NCBI GenBank assembly: GCA_963740085.1
Contig: CAVUCU010000001.1
Location: forward strand, 1,120,001-1,184,000
Reading direction: 5' to 3'
DNA: 64,000 nucleotides
DNA from: Nitrospirota bacterium
GTDB lineage: Bacteria > Nitrospirota > UBA9217
In this document: positions 53,918 to 62,808 of the stretch, piece by piece
How the letters are laid out: every line of letters begins with the position of its first letter
Position numbering within the stretch: position 1 is the first letter of the stretch
The notes under the pieces: generated by a model
What the model saw: the letters and a program-made list of their open reading frames with translations, nothing else
The model's database searches: none
Told to the model about the DNA's origin: nothing
Made by a program: the position numbers and the translations under genes

Positions 53918-53977
53918 GTCTGCTTTTTAACGACCTCGGTAGTTCATCACCTCCTTTATTTATCGTCCAGCTTGTTT

Positions 53978-54937
53978 TCAGTTGTAACTGATCCTGAAAA
54001 CGCTGACCCCTTGATTTTTTGCCTGGTTCACGAAGATCTTGTCGTTCATGACTTCCACTTGCTGCGGGGCGAAAAGGCTGCCCCGGTCTGTGCCGCGGTG
54101 TCCGAACTGCATCTGGAAATTGAAGTCCTTGTCATAGACCATGATCACGCTTTTGAGAATATCGGCCACGTAGATAAATCCCTTGTCATCCGATGCAATT
54201 CCTCCCACGACATTGAACTTTCCATCGAGGCTGCCCGGGGTGCCGAAGGATGCCACCTTGTGGTCGAGGGACATTCTGAAGGCCGCGAACAGCGTAGGCA
54301 CCGTGAAGAGCATGCTGCCGTCCCGGTCCACGTTGAAGCCGACCATTTCGTTCTTGGAATCGGGCTTGTCTTCCTTGACGAGCAAGGCCCCGACGTCATA
54401 GCCGTCTACGAATGTTCCGCTGGAATCCGTGACCACGATCTTTCTTGCCTGAAAGTCGGCAAGGTAGATGTTCCCGTTCTTGTAGACAAGACGATTCGGC
54501 CGAAGCTGTGAAAACTCCTGAGGAAGCCCCTTGAGTTCCACGGTATCCTTCAGTTCTCCGCGGTAATTACAGCGCAGCACTGAAATGATATTCCCCCTGG
54601 CATCCCATTTGGAGGAGAGCACGAGGATGTTGCCGTCCTTTTCAGCGGCAACATCGATTATGTTGCCGAGTGCCTGGTCGTTGCCGAAGCGGTAGATCTC
54701 CATGCCTACGGAATTGAATATGCTGACAGTGCCCTGGTTGATGACGTATATTTCTCCGCGCTCCTGGTCGCTGGACAGCCCCGGCCAGGTGTAGGGGATC
54801 CTGCCGGTAAAGTCGGAGAAGGTGTAGAGATAGGAAGCGTTTATTGCTGCAGTTGCATTTGTTGAGCAGAAGAGCAACAGCAGGATCGCTGTTACCGTTG
54901 CGAGGGATGTCATATTTTTTAAATGAAGGTCTTTCAT
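53978..54937 (-). CDS. Exported NHL-repeat protein directly upstream of omcS
   Basis: Signal peptide; IYLAD, GKFNVVGGIASD..G.IYVAD and FG.RG...G.LFAP repeats; GAGG RBS before 54937. Confidence 0.85.
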   Translation of the reverse strand: MKDLHLKNMTSLATVTAILLLLFCSTNATAAINASYLYTFSDFTGRIPYTWPGLSSDQERGEIYVINQGTVSIFNSVGMEIYRFGNDQALGNIIDVAAEKDGNILVLSSKWDARGNIISVLRCNYRGELKDTVELKGLPQEFSQLRPNRLVYKNGNIYLADFQARKIVVTDSSGTFVDGYDVGALLVKEDKPDSKNEMVGFNVDRDGSMLFTVPTLFAAFRMSLDHKVASFGTPGSLDGKFNVVGGIASDDKGFIYVADILKSVIMVYDKDFNFQMQFGHRGTDRGSLFAPQQVEVMNDKIFVNQAKNQGVSVFRISYN

Positions 54938-54965
54938 TTTTTCCTCTGCATTTGACTGCTTATAG

Positions 54966-54981
54966 TGCAATGGCTATGCCA
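54966..54981 (-). promoter_or_regulatory. Sigma-54 -24/-12 promoter for the NHL-omcS operon
   Basis: Minus strand TGGCATAGCCATTGCA; IHF-like tttcaatatgtta just upstream. Confidence 0.7.
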
Positions 54982-55222
54982 TGAGATTAACCACATATAA
55001 CATATTGAAAGTGTTATGTTTATCTTTTGGAATGGGAATTTAAACATACGTGTATCTGGTCAAATGACCATTCTCCTATAGTCATATTCCCATAAGGACT
55101 GCTTAAAACAGGGTTTCTATCGTTTGGGGCAAAACAGGGGAAATTATTGCGGTAAAGAGGGGGGAATAAGCCGCAAGAGGCCGATCCGGGAACGTGCGGG
55201 GTTGGGTAAAGCTTTTAAAATT

Positions 55223-55905
55223 GGATCTTCTGACTTTTATGTGGGTCGTTTAACAGCAAGTACCGCTATTTATTCAACATCAATAGTCTGTTTTCTGAAT
55301 ATCATCTCAGTTGGCACTGTCCCACTTGTGCATCGATTTTTTTGGGCAGCTCATCGCTCGGCCGCGCAGCATGCAGGGATATATACTGTACTCAGCCCTG
55401 ATATGCAGGTCTCGCATCACTCCACCCTCACCCTTTGAAAAAGGGTTCGGCCGTGTCTGCCTTGTCTTGTTCTTGCAACTACGATCTGTGCAGCATTGCT
55501 CTGCGCATCTTTCGTTCAGAGCTACCCGGCGCAGGGGAGAGGCAGAATTTTAAAGGCTACCCCACTAAGTGCAGAATTAACCTCAACGGGATTTGGGGAG
55601 ATACTCATATCTTTGCCGTTCCAGAAGCCCCTGCATCCCATGAACAGGTTCGCGCACAAGCCATGGTAAGGTAGAAAAGAACGATGTTGCCACAAAGCCA
55701 GGCAGACGCACCGTGCTCTTGCGATAACGCGGGTGCAGGCGGCCAATCTAAGGGAAGCGCTGCGATGCTCGAAAAAGCTCGTTATCAGTACCGGCAATCA
55801 TGCCCTGCGCGGAGCTGTGAACTGGGGTGCAGAAAAAAAATAGGATCGTGATATGTGCCGAGTTAAGAACAGATAAAAACGACCCACACAAAACCCGGAA
55901 GACCC
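55223..55905. mobile_element. Copy 2 of the repeated structured non-coding element, bounded by imperfect 29-bp terminal inverted repeats (MITE-like)
   Basis: ggatcttctgacttttatgtgggtcgttt ... aaacgacccacacaaaacccggaagaccc (24/29 complementary); core homologous to 25442-26012. Confidence 0.6.
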
Positions 55906-55933
55906 TTAAAATTTTGCTATCCCTGGAAGAAGC

Positions 55934-55967
55934 AAAAAAAAGGAGGACCGGCGAATGCCGGCCCTCC
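55934..55967 (-). terminator. Intrinsic terminator after omcS paralog 1
   Basis: ggaggaccggc-gaat-gccggccctcc hairpin with a minus-strand U8 tract. Confidence 0.75.
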
Positions 55968-55990
55968 CGAGAATGCAGCTTCAAAATATA

Positions 55991-57271
55991 TTAATCCTTC
56001 GCGTGGCACTTATTGCAAAGCGACCTCTGATAAGAGGCGTAATGCATTGTCGTGCCGTTGTAGGCCGCGGTCGTCTCTGCAACGGTGCGGCCCATCGCGT
56101 ACTTAGCTGCGTTGGCGATCGTGCTTGGGGAGTCAGTGCCCGGCCATACGCCGTCAGCAGCGATGAACTCTCCATCATTGTTCCATCTGGTCATGTGCGC
56201 CCAGCCAGAGGCGTGCGCCCGGTGGCAGGAAAGGCACATGACCCTGTCGACCGTGCCGGCCGGACCGTTGCGATTCGAGCCGTCACTGTTTGCAAGGGCC
56301 TTGAGGGCGGTGATGCTTCTCAAGTTGTCCGTCTGGAAGGGGACGATGGAATCGTACGAGTTGGCCGCTGTCACTCCCGTTGTAAGTCCGCTGCCCAGAT
56401 AGGAGTTGTAGGTGGCGACCTCGGCGGCGCTCAGGCCCTGGTTCACCGGGTGCGTCATCTTCGTGCTGCTGGCCGTATGCATGTCTGGATGGCAGGTTGC
56501 GCACCATTCCGATATGCCGTATCCGTAGGCCACGCGGGTGGGAGCAGCTGTTGTCTCCGCCCTGTTGTAGGTGTCCGGGGCGATTGCGTTAAAAACCACG
56601 GTAAAGGTCTTGCCGCCTGATCCGGCTGTAGAACCCGGACCGCGAAGCAGGCGATAGGAGCCGACTGCCTGGCCCGCTACCGGGTCAGTGCTTGACTTGT
56701 AGGAACCGGAAGCGATGATCGGCGCTCCTTTTACTCCCCAGGTCGGGTTCGTTATTAACCCGATTCTTCTCAGCTTGCCGTGGTTGTCATGGCAGCTGTT
56801 GCACCCAAGGAGAGATGCATTCATGTCTCCGCCAGGAGCAGTCGAGTTCTGTCCATCTGCAACGAAACCGGGAAGGTCCATTGCCACGATGTTGTGGCCA
56901 TGTCTCTCGCCCAGTTCTGTCGAAGAGGAACCCGACCGCGGAGACCACGTATAGGTCTTCAAGAGCCAGCCGAAGTCACCGCCCGGGGTCATCTGAAGCG
57001 GGGGTACGCCTGCGGTGACTGTCGGGGTGAGAATGTGATAGCTTCCTGCCGACGGATTGCCGTGGCAGGATGCGTTGGCGCAGGTGGAGCTTATGTCGCC
57101 GGCGATCAGGAGCGCTGAGGGGCTTTGGCCGTCGTGAATGTTGTGGCAGCCCATGCACTCCGCTACACCGCCGGAATGGAACGCGTAGCTCGTAGCACTG
57201 AGCCCAACGATAAGCAGGGCTGCAGCCAGGGCAACGAGACTACCTTTGACTATTTTATTGACCATCTTCAT
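55991..57271 (-). CDS. omcS: OmcS-like nanowire cytochrome, paralog 1 (intact)
   Basis: AFHSGGVAECMGCHNIH...LQMTPGGDFGW...TRVAYG...CLSCHRAHASG...YQRSLCNKCHAKD; five CxxCH and one CX4CH. Confidence 0.93.
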   Translation of the reverse strand: MKMVNKIVKGSLVALAAALLIVGLSATSYAFHSGGVAECMGCHNIHDGQSPSALLIAGDISSTCANASCHGNPSAGSYHILTPTVTAGVPPLQMTPGGDFGWLLKTYTWSPRSGSSSTELGERHGHNIVAMDLPGFVADGQNSTAPGGDMNASLLGCNSCHDNHGKLRRIGLITNPTWGVKGAPIIASGSYKSSTDPVAGQAVGSYRLLRGPGSTAGSGGKTFTVVFNAIAPDTYNRAETTAAPTRVAYGYGISEWCATCHPDMHTASSTKMTHPVNQGLSAAEVATYNSYLGSGLTTGVTAANSYDSIVPFQTDNLRSITALKALANSDGSNRNGPAGTVDRVMCLSCHRAHASGWAHMTRWNNDGEFIAADGVWPGTDSPSTIANAAKYAMGRTVAETTAAYNGTTMHYASYQRSLCNKCHAKD

Positions 57272-57292
57272 GTACTCCTCTGGGTGATACAG

Positions 57293-57373
57293 CTCCGGTA
57301 GCCCGGCAATCCTGAGTCTCAGGACCCGATAGCTTTGTGCCCCTGCCTTGCGACAGGTTTACCCTTTCAGAGG
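57293..57373 (-). ncRNA. GEMM-I riboswitch, G20 (c-di-GMP-I) type
   Basis: Minus strand cctctgaaAGGGTAAACCTGTC-GCAA-GGCAGG-GGCACAAAGCTATCGGGTCCTGAG..CTCAGGATTGCCGGGCTACCGGAG. Confidence 0.85.
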
Positions 57374-57522
57374 AACGTTTGCGTTAGCAATGCGGGCGGA
57401 TATGCATGCAACGAATCCGGACGCGGCATAGCGACTTCGATTTATTTTCGATTTATTGTCGAGGGAAAAACTAAAGGAATTAATAGTGGGTCCGAGCGAA
57501 ATAGCAGACAGTAAGTAGTAAT

Positions 57523-57551
57523 ACCTTAGCAATAGTCTGCATGGATGTCAA
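57523..57551 (-). promoter_or_regulatory. Candidate sigma-70 promoter for omcS paralog 1
   Basis: Minus strand TTGACA-N17-TAAGGT. Confidence 0.5.
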
Positions 57552-57655
57552 GTAAAATATCAAATAACCATTAAAAAAAGTTTATTGGTGCCATTACAAC
57601 ATAACTATATAATATAATGGAGTTTTATTCCCTACCGCATGCGTGGAATATTTAG

Positions 57656-57684
57656 TTGACGTTTAAAAAAAACCATGTTACTGT
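57656..57684 (+). promoter_or_regulatory. Candidate sigma-70 promoter for the TMTC-like genes
   Basis: TTGACG-N17-TACTGT with an extended -10 TG. Confidence 0.45.
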
Positions 57685-57835
57685 TCGACTGTCTAAATAA
57701 ATTTTAACTATCAGGTTGAAGGTTGTAAGACTGAAGGTTGAAGCATGTTTTTTACCTTCAGTCTCACCTGAAGCCTAGCACCTTCAGTCTATCCTACTTG
57801 TTACTTCATCCTGACGAGTTTATATCACCTGTCAG

Positions 57836-59886
57836 TTGCCAAATATGATGATGAAGACGAACGATTCCAATGCCAACCTCAAGATCTCCCTATTGCTCAT
57901 CGTCTCGACCCTGCTTGTCTTCGCTAAGGTCGGCGGGATGGAGTTCCTCTCCTACGACGATAATCTGTACGTCACCGACAATCAGACAGTCTTGGGGGGG
58001 CTGTCATGGAGCAATGCGGCATGGGCCTTCACTACCATGCACGCGGCCAACTGGCACCCGCTCACCTGGTTGTCGCTCATGCTCGACATCCAGCTCTTTG
58101 GTCCCCGCCCCGGCGCCCTGCACCTGATCAATGTCCTGTTTCATGCCGTCAACGCGGTCCTGCTCTTTCTGATATTGGCGCGCATGACGGGCGCTCGGTG
58201 GCGCAGCGCCTTTGTCGCCGCCCTCTTCGCCATTCATCCCCTGCACGTGGAATCGGTGGCATGGGTGGCCGAGCGCAAGGACGTTCTGAGCGTCTTGTTC
58301 GGTCTGTTGACCATCTGGGCCTATGTACGCTATGCAGCTCGTACCGCACTGTTCATCATACGCATGGGTGGTCCTCTTCTTTGTCCTCAGCCTGCTGAGC
58401 AAACCGATGCTGGTAACCATGCCATTCCTGCTTCTGCTTCTGGACTACTGGCCGCTCGGCCGCATGGGCGGCCTCCATCAACCTGTTCCTGGAACGGTTC
58501 CGGACCCACCGCAGACATCATTGACCCGGTTGATCATGGAGAAGGTCCCGCTTCTTGTCCTCTGCGCCGCATCGAGCGTCGGTGACCGTGGTGGCGCAGA
58601 AGCACGGCGACGCAATGGCCGATCTTCTTTCACTCAGTCTGGGAGTTCGTCTGGCCAATGCCGCGGTCGGCTACGCGCGGTATCTCGGAAAGACCTTCTG
58701 GCCCGCATCGTTCTCGGTTTTTTATCCACATCCCGGAGCTGCCTTGCCGGTATGGCAGTCAGTTGGGTGCCTTTCTTCCTTCTCATCCTGATCACTGTCC
58801 TTGTCCTGCTGCGACTCAGGCAATCTCCCTGGCTTGCAGTCGGCTGGTTCTGGTTCATAGGGACGCTGGTTCCCGTTATCGGACTGGTGCAGGTGGGAGC
58901 GCAGTCGATAGCGGACCGGTACACCTATTTTCCTCTGATCGGGATATTCATAATGATCGCCTGGGAGGCGCCCGGACCTGCTCAAGGGTCTGCGCATCGG
59001 TCCGCGGGCGCTTGGGGCAGCGTCAATGCTGGTGATCGTTGTACTCTCGGGACTCACGTGGAGACAGCTCGGTTTCTGGGAGAGCGATGAAACGCTGTTC
59101 CGCCATGCGAACAGCGTGACGAAGGACAACTGTGTTGCCCAGGCAAGCCTCGCCGAGGCCCTTCTCCGGAAGGGCGACCTCGAAGAGGCATACGGCTTAT
59201 TCCAGAAAACGCTGCGGCTTTGCCCCAGACGACCAACAGTCTTGGTACAATCTCGGCGTGTTGCAGAAGAACAGGGGCGAGCTGCCCGAGGCGGAATACG
59301 CCCTGCGTGAGGCATTGCGGCTGAAGCCCGGCTATACGTCACGGCCTGGTCCAATCTGGGCGCGGTTTACGTTGCTACGGGTCGCGTCCCCGAGGCGATA
59401 GACGCCCTTCTCGAAGCGGCCCGGCTTGCGCCCGGCGACGCTTCGATCAAGTTCAACCTCGGTTCCGTCTATGAAAAGTCAGGACGATTCGCCGAGGCGA
59501 TCGAGGCCTATCGAGAGGCAGTACGGCTCAAACCGGACTATGCGGCTGCCTGGAACAATCTCGGTATTGCGTATAAGAACTCGGGGCGGATCCCGGAGGC
59601 GGCCACCGCATTCCGGCAAGCGGCTCAGATCCGGTCCAACGATCCCGTTGCCTGGTACAACCTCGGCATCCTCTATTCCAAGTCAGGGGATTTCGCCGGG
59701 GCTGTTGAGGCCTTTCGCGAGGCAACGCGCCTCGGGCCGGACCACGCCGAGTCATGGCACCAGCTCGGACTCGCTTACTTGTCTTTGGGGAGAAGGCAGG
59801 AAGCTCTCGAGGTAATGCAGACATTGCAATCGCTCGATGCTGGAATGGCCGAGGACCTGCGGCGCCGGATAGGTCGTGGGCGGTGA
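57836..59886 (+). pseudogene. TMTC-like GT-C membrane glycosyltransferase with C-terminal TPRs, multiple frameshifts
   Basis: YDD..YV, NWHPLTW, HPLHVESVAWVAERKD, SKPM and ADRYTY motifs and TPRs are spread over several frames. Confidence 0.8.
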
Positions 59887-59901
59887 AGCCCGGCGCACCC
59901 G

Positions 59902-60276
59902 GTTGTTCTCTGCGAGCTTAGCGGCTCTGCGCGAGACGCCTTGCTTTTGACCTGAATAGATACCATATGTTCTAAAACGTCTAAGAATAAAAACTTTTTC
60001 GCGCTGAGGCGCGGAGACGCCGAGAAAGAGATGAATCCTTAATCTCCTTAATCTTTGTTTTTTGTTGTTCTCTGCGAGCTTAGCGGCTCTGCGCGAGACG
60101 CCTTGCTTTTGACCTGAATAGATACCATATGTTCTAAAACGTCTAAGAATAAAAACTTTTTCGCGCTGAGGCGCAGAGACGCCGAGAAAGAGATGAAGCT
60201 TAAATCCATTTTTTTGTTGTTCTCAGCGAGCTTGGCGGCTCTGCGCGAGACGCCTTGCTTCTGACCTGAATAGATA
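59902..60276. repeat. Tandem duplication (about 2.4 units of 150-160 bp) of a periodic-arm element
   Basis: gttgttctctgcgagcttagcggctctgcgcgagacgccttgct recurs at 59902, 60064 and 60216. Confidence 0.9.
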
Positions 60277-60340
60277 TAGATACCAGCCACAGAAGTCTTC
60301 TAGAACCCAAGGAAAAGCGAAAACTAAAATAAATTTCATT

Positions 60341-62294
60341 ATGGAACGATCTAATAAGGCCAAATACTACCTCGCCGGCTTAATTGCACTCATAACATTT
60401 GCTGTGTATCTCCATGCCCTTCAAAATAATTTTGTTGCACTGGATGATGATGCTTATATCTTCGATAATCTGCATATCCGTTCGTTCAACCTGTCGTTTC
60501 TTCGCTGGGCCTTTCTTGGTTTTTACGCCTCCAACTGGCACCCCCTCACCTGGATGTCCCATGCCCTGGATTATGCCTTATGGGGACTGAACCCCCTGGG
60601 GCATCACCTGACCAACATAATCCTCCACGCGGTCAACACCTTCATCGTGGTAATTCTGGCAATGAGACTGCGGGAAGCATTGACCTGGACCACGGAACAA
60701 ACAAAGCCGGCGGCATTCCTGCATGAGCGGACGATGCTTATAACAGGAGCAGTAACCGGGATGCTCTTCGGCCTCCACCCCCTTCATGTGGAATCGGTTG
60801 CATGGGTTGCTGAAAGGAAGGACCTTCTCTGCGCATTATTCTTCCTGCTGAGCATCATGTCCTATGCGAACTACGCAAGGTGCAAGGAGTCAGGGGGCAG
60901 GGGTCAGGGGTCAGGAACCGGGAACCAGGAACCAGGAGTGGGTCCCAAGAAGATATTCATCAATAGGCATTATCTGCTTTCCCTTGTCCTTTTCGTCCTG
61001 GCGCTCATGAGCAAACCGATGGCGGTTACCCTTCCCGCTGTCTTATTGATCTTAGACTGGTACCCTTTTAACAGGATATATTCCCTGAAGACCTTTCGCT
61101 CCGCGCTCGTGGAGAAACTGCCGTTTATTGCTTTGAGCCTTATGTCATCGATTTTGACCGTGCTTGCGCAGGGCGCCGGACGCGCCATTGTACCGATCAC
61201 GTTCGTTCCAGTACCAGTGCGTCTTCTCGTGGCAGCCAGGTCCCTGATCGTTTATCTGTGGAAGATGGCCGTTCCCGTGAACCTGGTCCCCTTTTACCCT
61301 TATCCGGAAAATGCATCACTCCTTTCCGGAAAATATCTTCTGGCCGTTGCCGGTGTGGTCGCTATTACGGTGACCTGTCTGGTTCTCGCTAAAAAACAGA
61401 AATTATGGCTTTCAGGTTGGGGTTATTTTGTGATCACCCTCGTCCCCGTTATCGGCATTGTGCAGGTCGGCGGTCAGGCAATGGCGGACAGATATACTTA
61501 TCTGCCAAGTCTTGGACCATTCCTCCTCGTGGGATGCGCGGTGGCATGGCTTTTTGACCGTATGAACGCATCAAGGAAGCGATGGATACCGGCCGCAAAT
61601 ATCATCGTTGTTGCAGCGATCGTTCTTGCGTCTTGCCTAATGGCATATTTGACCTTCCAGCAGATCGGCGTGTGGAAAAACAGCCTTGTCGTTCTTAATT
61701 ACATCCTGGACAAGGAGCCGCACAATAGTCCTCAAGTCTATCTATACCGTGGAATGGCGCTCGAAAAAGCGGGCCAGCCGGAACGCGCTCTTGAAGATTA
61801 CGATCAGGCGATCGCCCTGGACCCATCGTATCCCGATGCTTATGATAACCGAGGCCTGTTGTATCAGAAGAAGGGCCAGGTGGATAACGCCATCAAGGAT
61901 TTCAGCAGATCAATTCTGCTGGACCCATCATCCGGGAAAGCCTATTTCAATCTGGGGGTCATCTATGCCGAGACTGGTTTGTACGGTCAGGCGATAGAAA
62001 ATTTCAGCAGCTCCCTGACCATGAGATCCTGCATTTGCGGACGCATATGCCAATCGCGGTATTACCTATGCCCTCACCGGTCGCCGTGACATGGCATTGG
62101 CGGATTTCAACAAAGCGATCGAATTGAATGGCCGTTCGCCTGATGCTTATTTTAATCGTGGAAAGTTATATGATTCGATGGGCCGAAAAGAGCTTGCTCT
62201 CGCTGATCTTCAAAAGGCCTGTGCCTTAGGGGACGCGGGCGGATGCAGCGCATTACAGGATTTGCGCACGGAGCCTGTGGTCACGGGAAAATAG
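60341..62294 (+). CDS. TMTC-like GT-C glycosyltransferase with TPRs (frameshift near 62.02 kb)
   Basis: LDD..YI, NWHPLTW, HPLHVESVAWVAERKD, SKPMAV and ADRYTYLP motifs; TPRs continue into ORF 62091-62294. Confidence 0.85.
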
Positions 62295-62305
62295 CGAGAC
62301 CTCAC

Positions 62306-62334
62306 TTGACAGTGAATATAAATAGTTATAGATT
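62306..62334 (+). promoter_or_regulatory. Candidate sigma-70 promoter
   Basis: TTGACA-N17-TAGATT. Confidence 0.45.
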
Positions 62335-62455
62335 ACTTCCTGTACCCGTTGAAATTGCCCTGCTTTGAATTAAGTGCCTCGTCTACAAAACGCCATTGGA
62401 GATCGCGGCCTCAAGCCGTTGCACTTCGAGATAGAATCCGCGAGTATTTACCATT

Positions 62456-62806
62456 ATGAAAAAAACACTTTTAGTAGTATCCGTTTTATTAATAATATAT
62501 TTCGTAGTTTTTGACGATAGGAAGCCATCTTGCCATTATCTGGGTCCTCGAAAGGGCTTGATTCAATATTATATAAATTTTTTAAGGAGAATAGATCAAT
62601 ATGACGCAAACAACATGGAAATATCGCTGAAGAATATAAGAACTTTGGAAGTTGATAAACGAACAGGCAAGAGAACTTGTGATGGTCAGATTATTGTTTT
62701 AGATAAGCAAAATGCCAATATATTGCAGACGAGTGAAATAGAGTTCTCTGCGGAATGGTCTGAACAGGATAATAAATTTAGGTACCGTGTAAACAACATC
62801 AAATAA
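62456..62806 (+). CDS. AT-rich hypothetical membrane-anchored or exported protein
   Basis: N-terminal hydrophobic segment; abuts the downstream gene. Confidence 0.6.
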   Translation: MKKTLLVVSVLLIIYFVVFDDRKPSCHYLGPRKGLIQYYINFLRRIDQYDANNMEISLKNIRTLEVDKRTGKRTCDGQIIVLDKQNANILQTSEIEFSAEWSEQDNKFRYRVNNIK

Positions 62807-62808
62807 TT

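Noticed and set aside
55312-55840. Group I or II intron, RNase P or tmRNA identity for the repeated element
   Set aside because: No group II domain V, no group I S element (only a weak gttcagagcta resemblance to R), no RNase P GAGGAAAGTCC, and no tRNA-like ends were seen.
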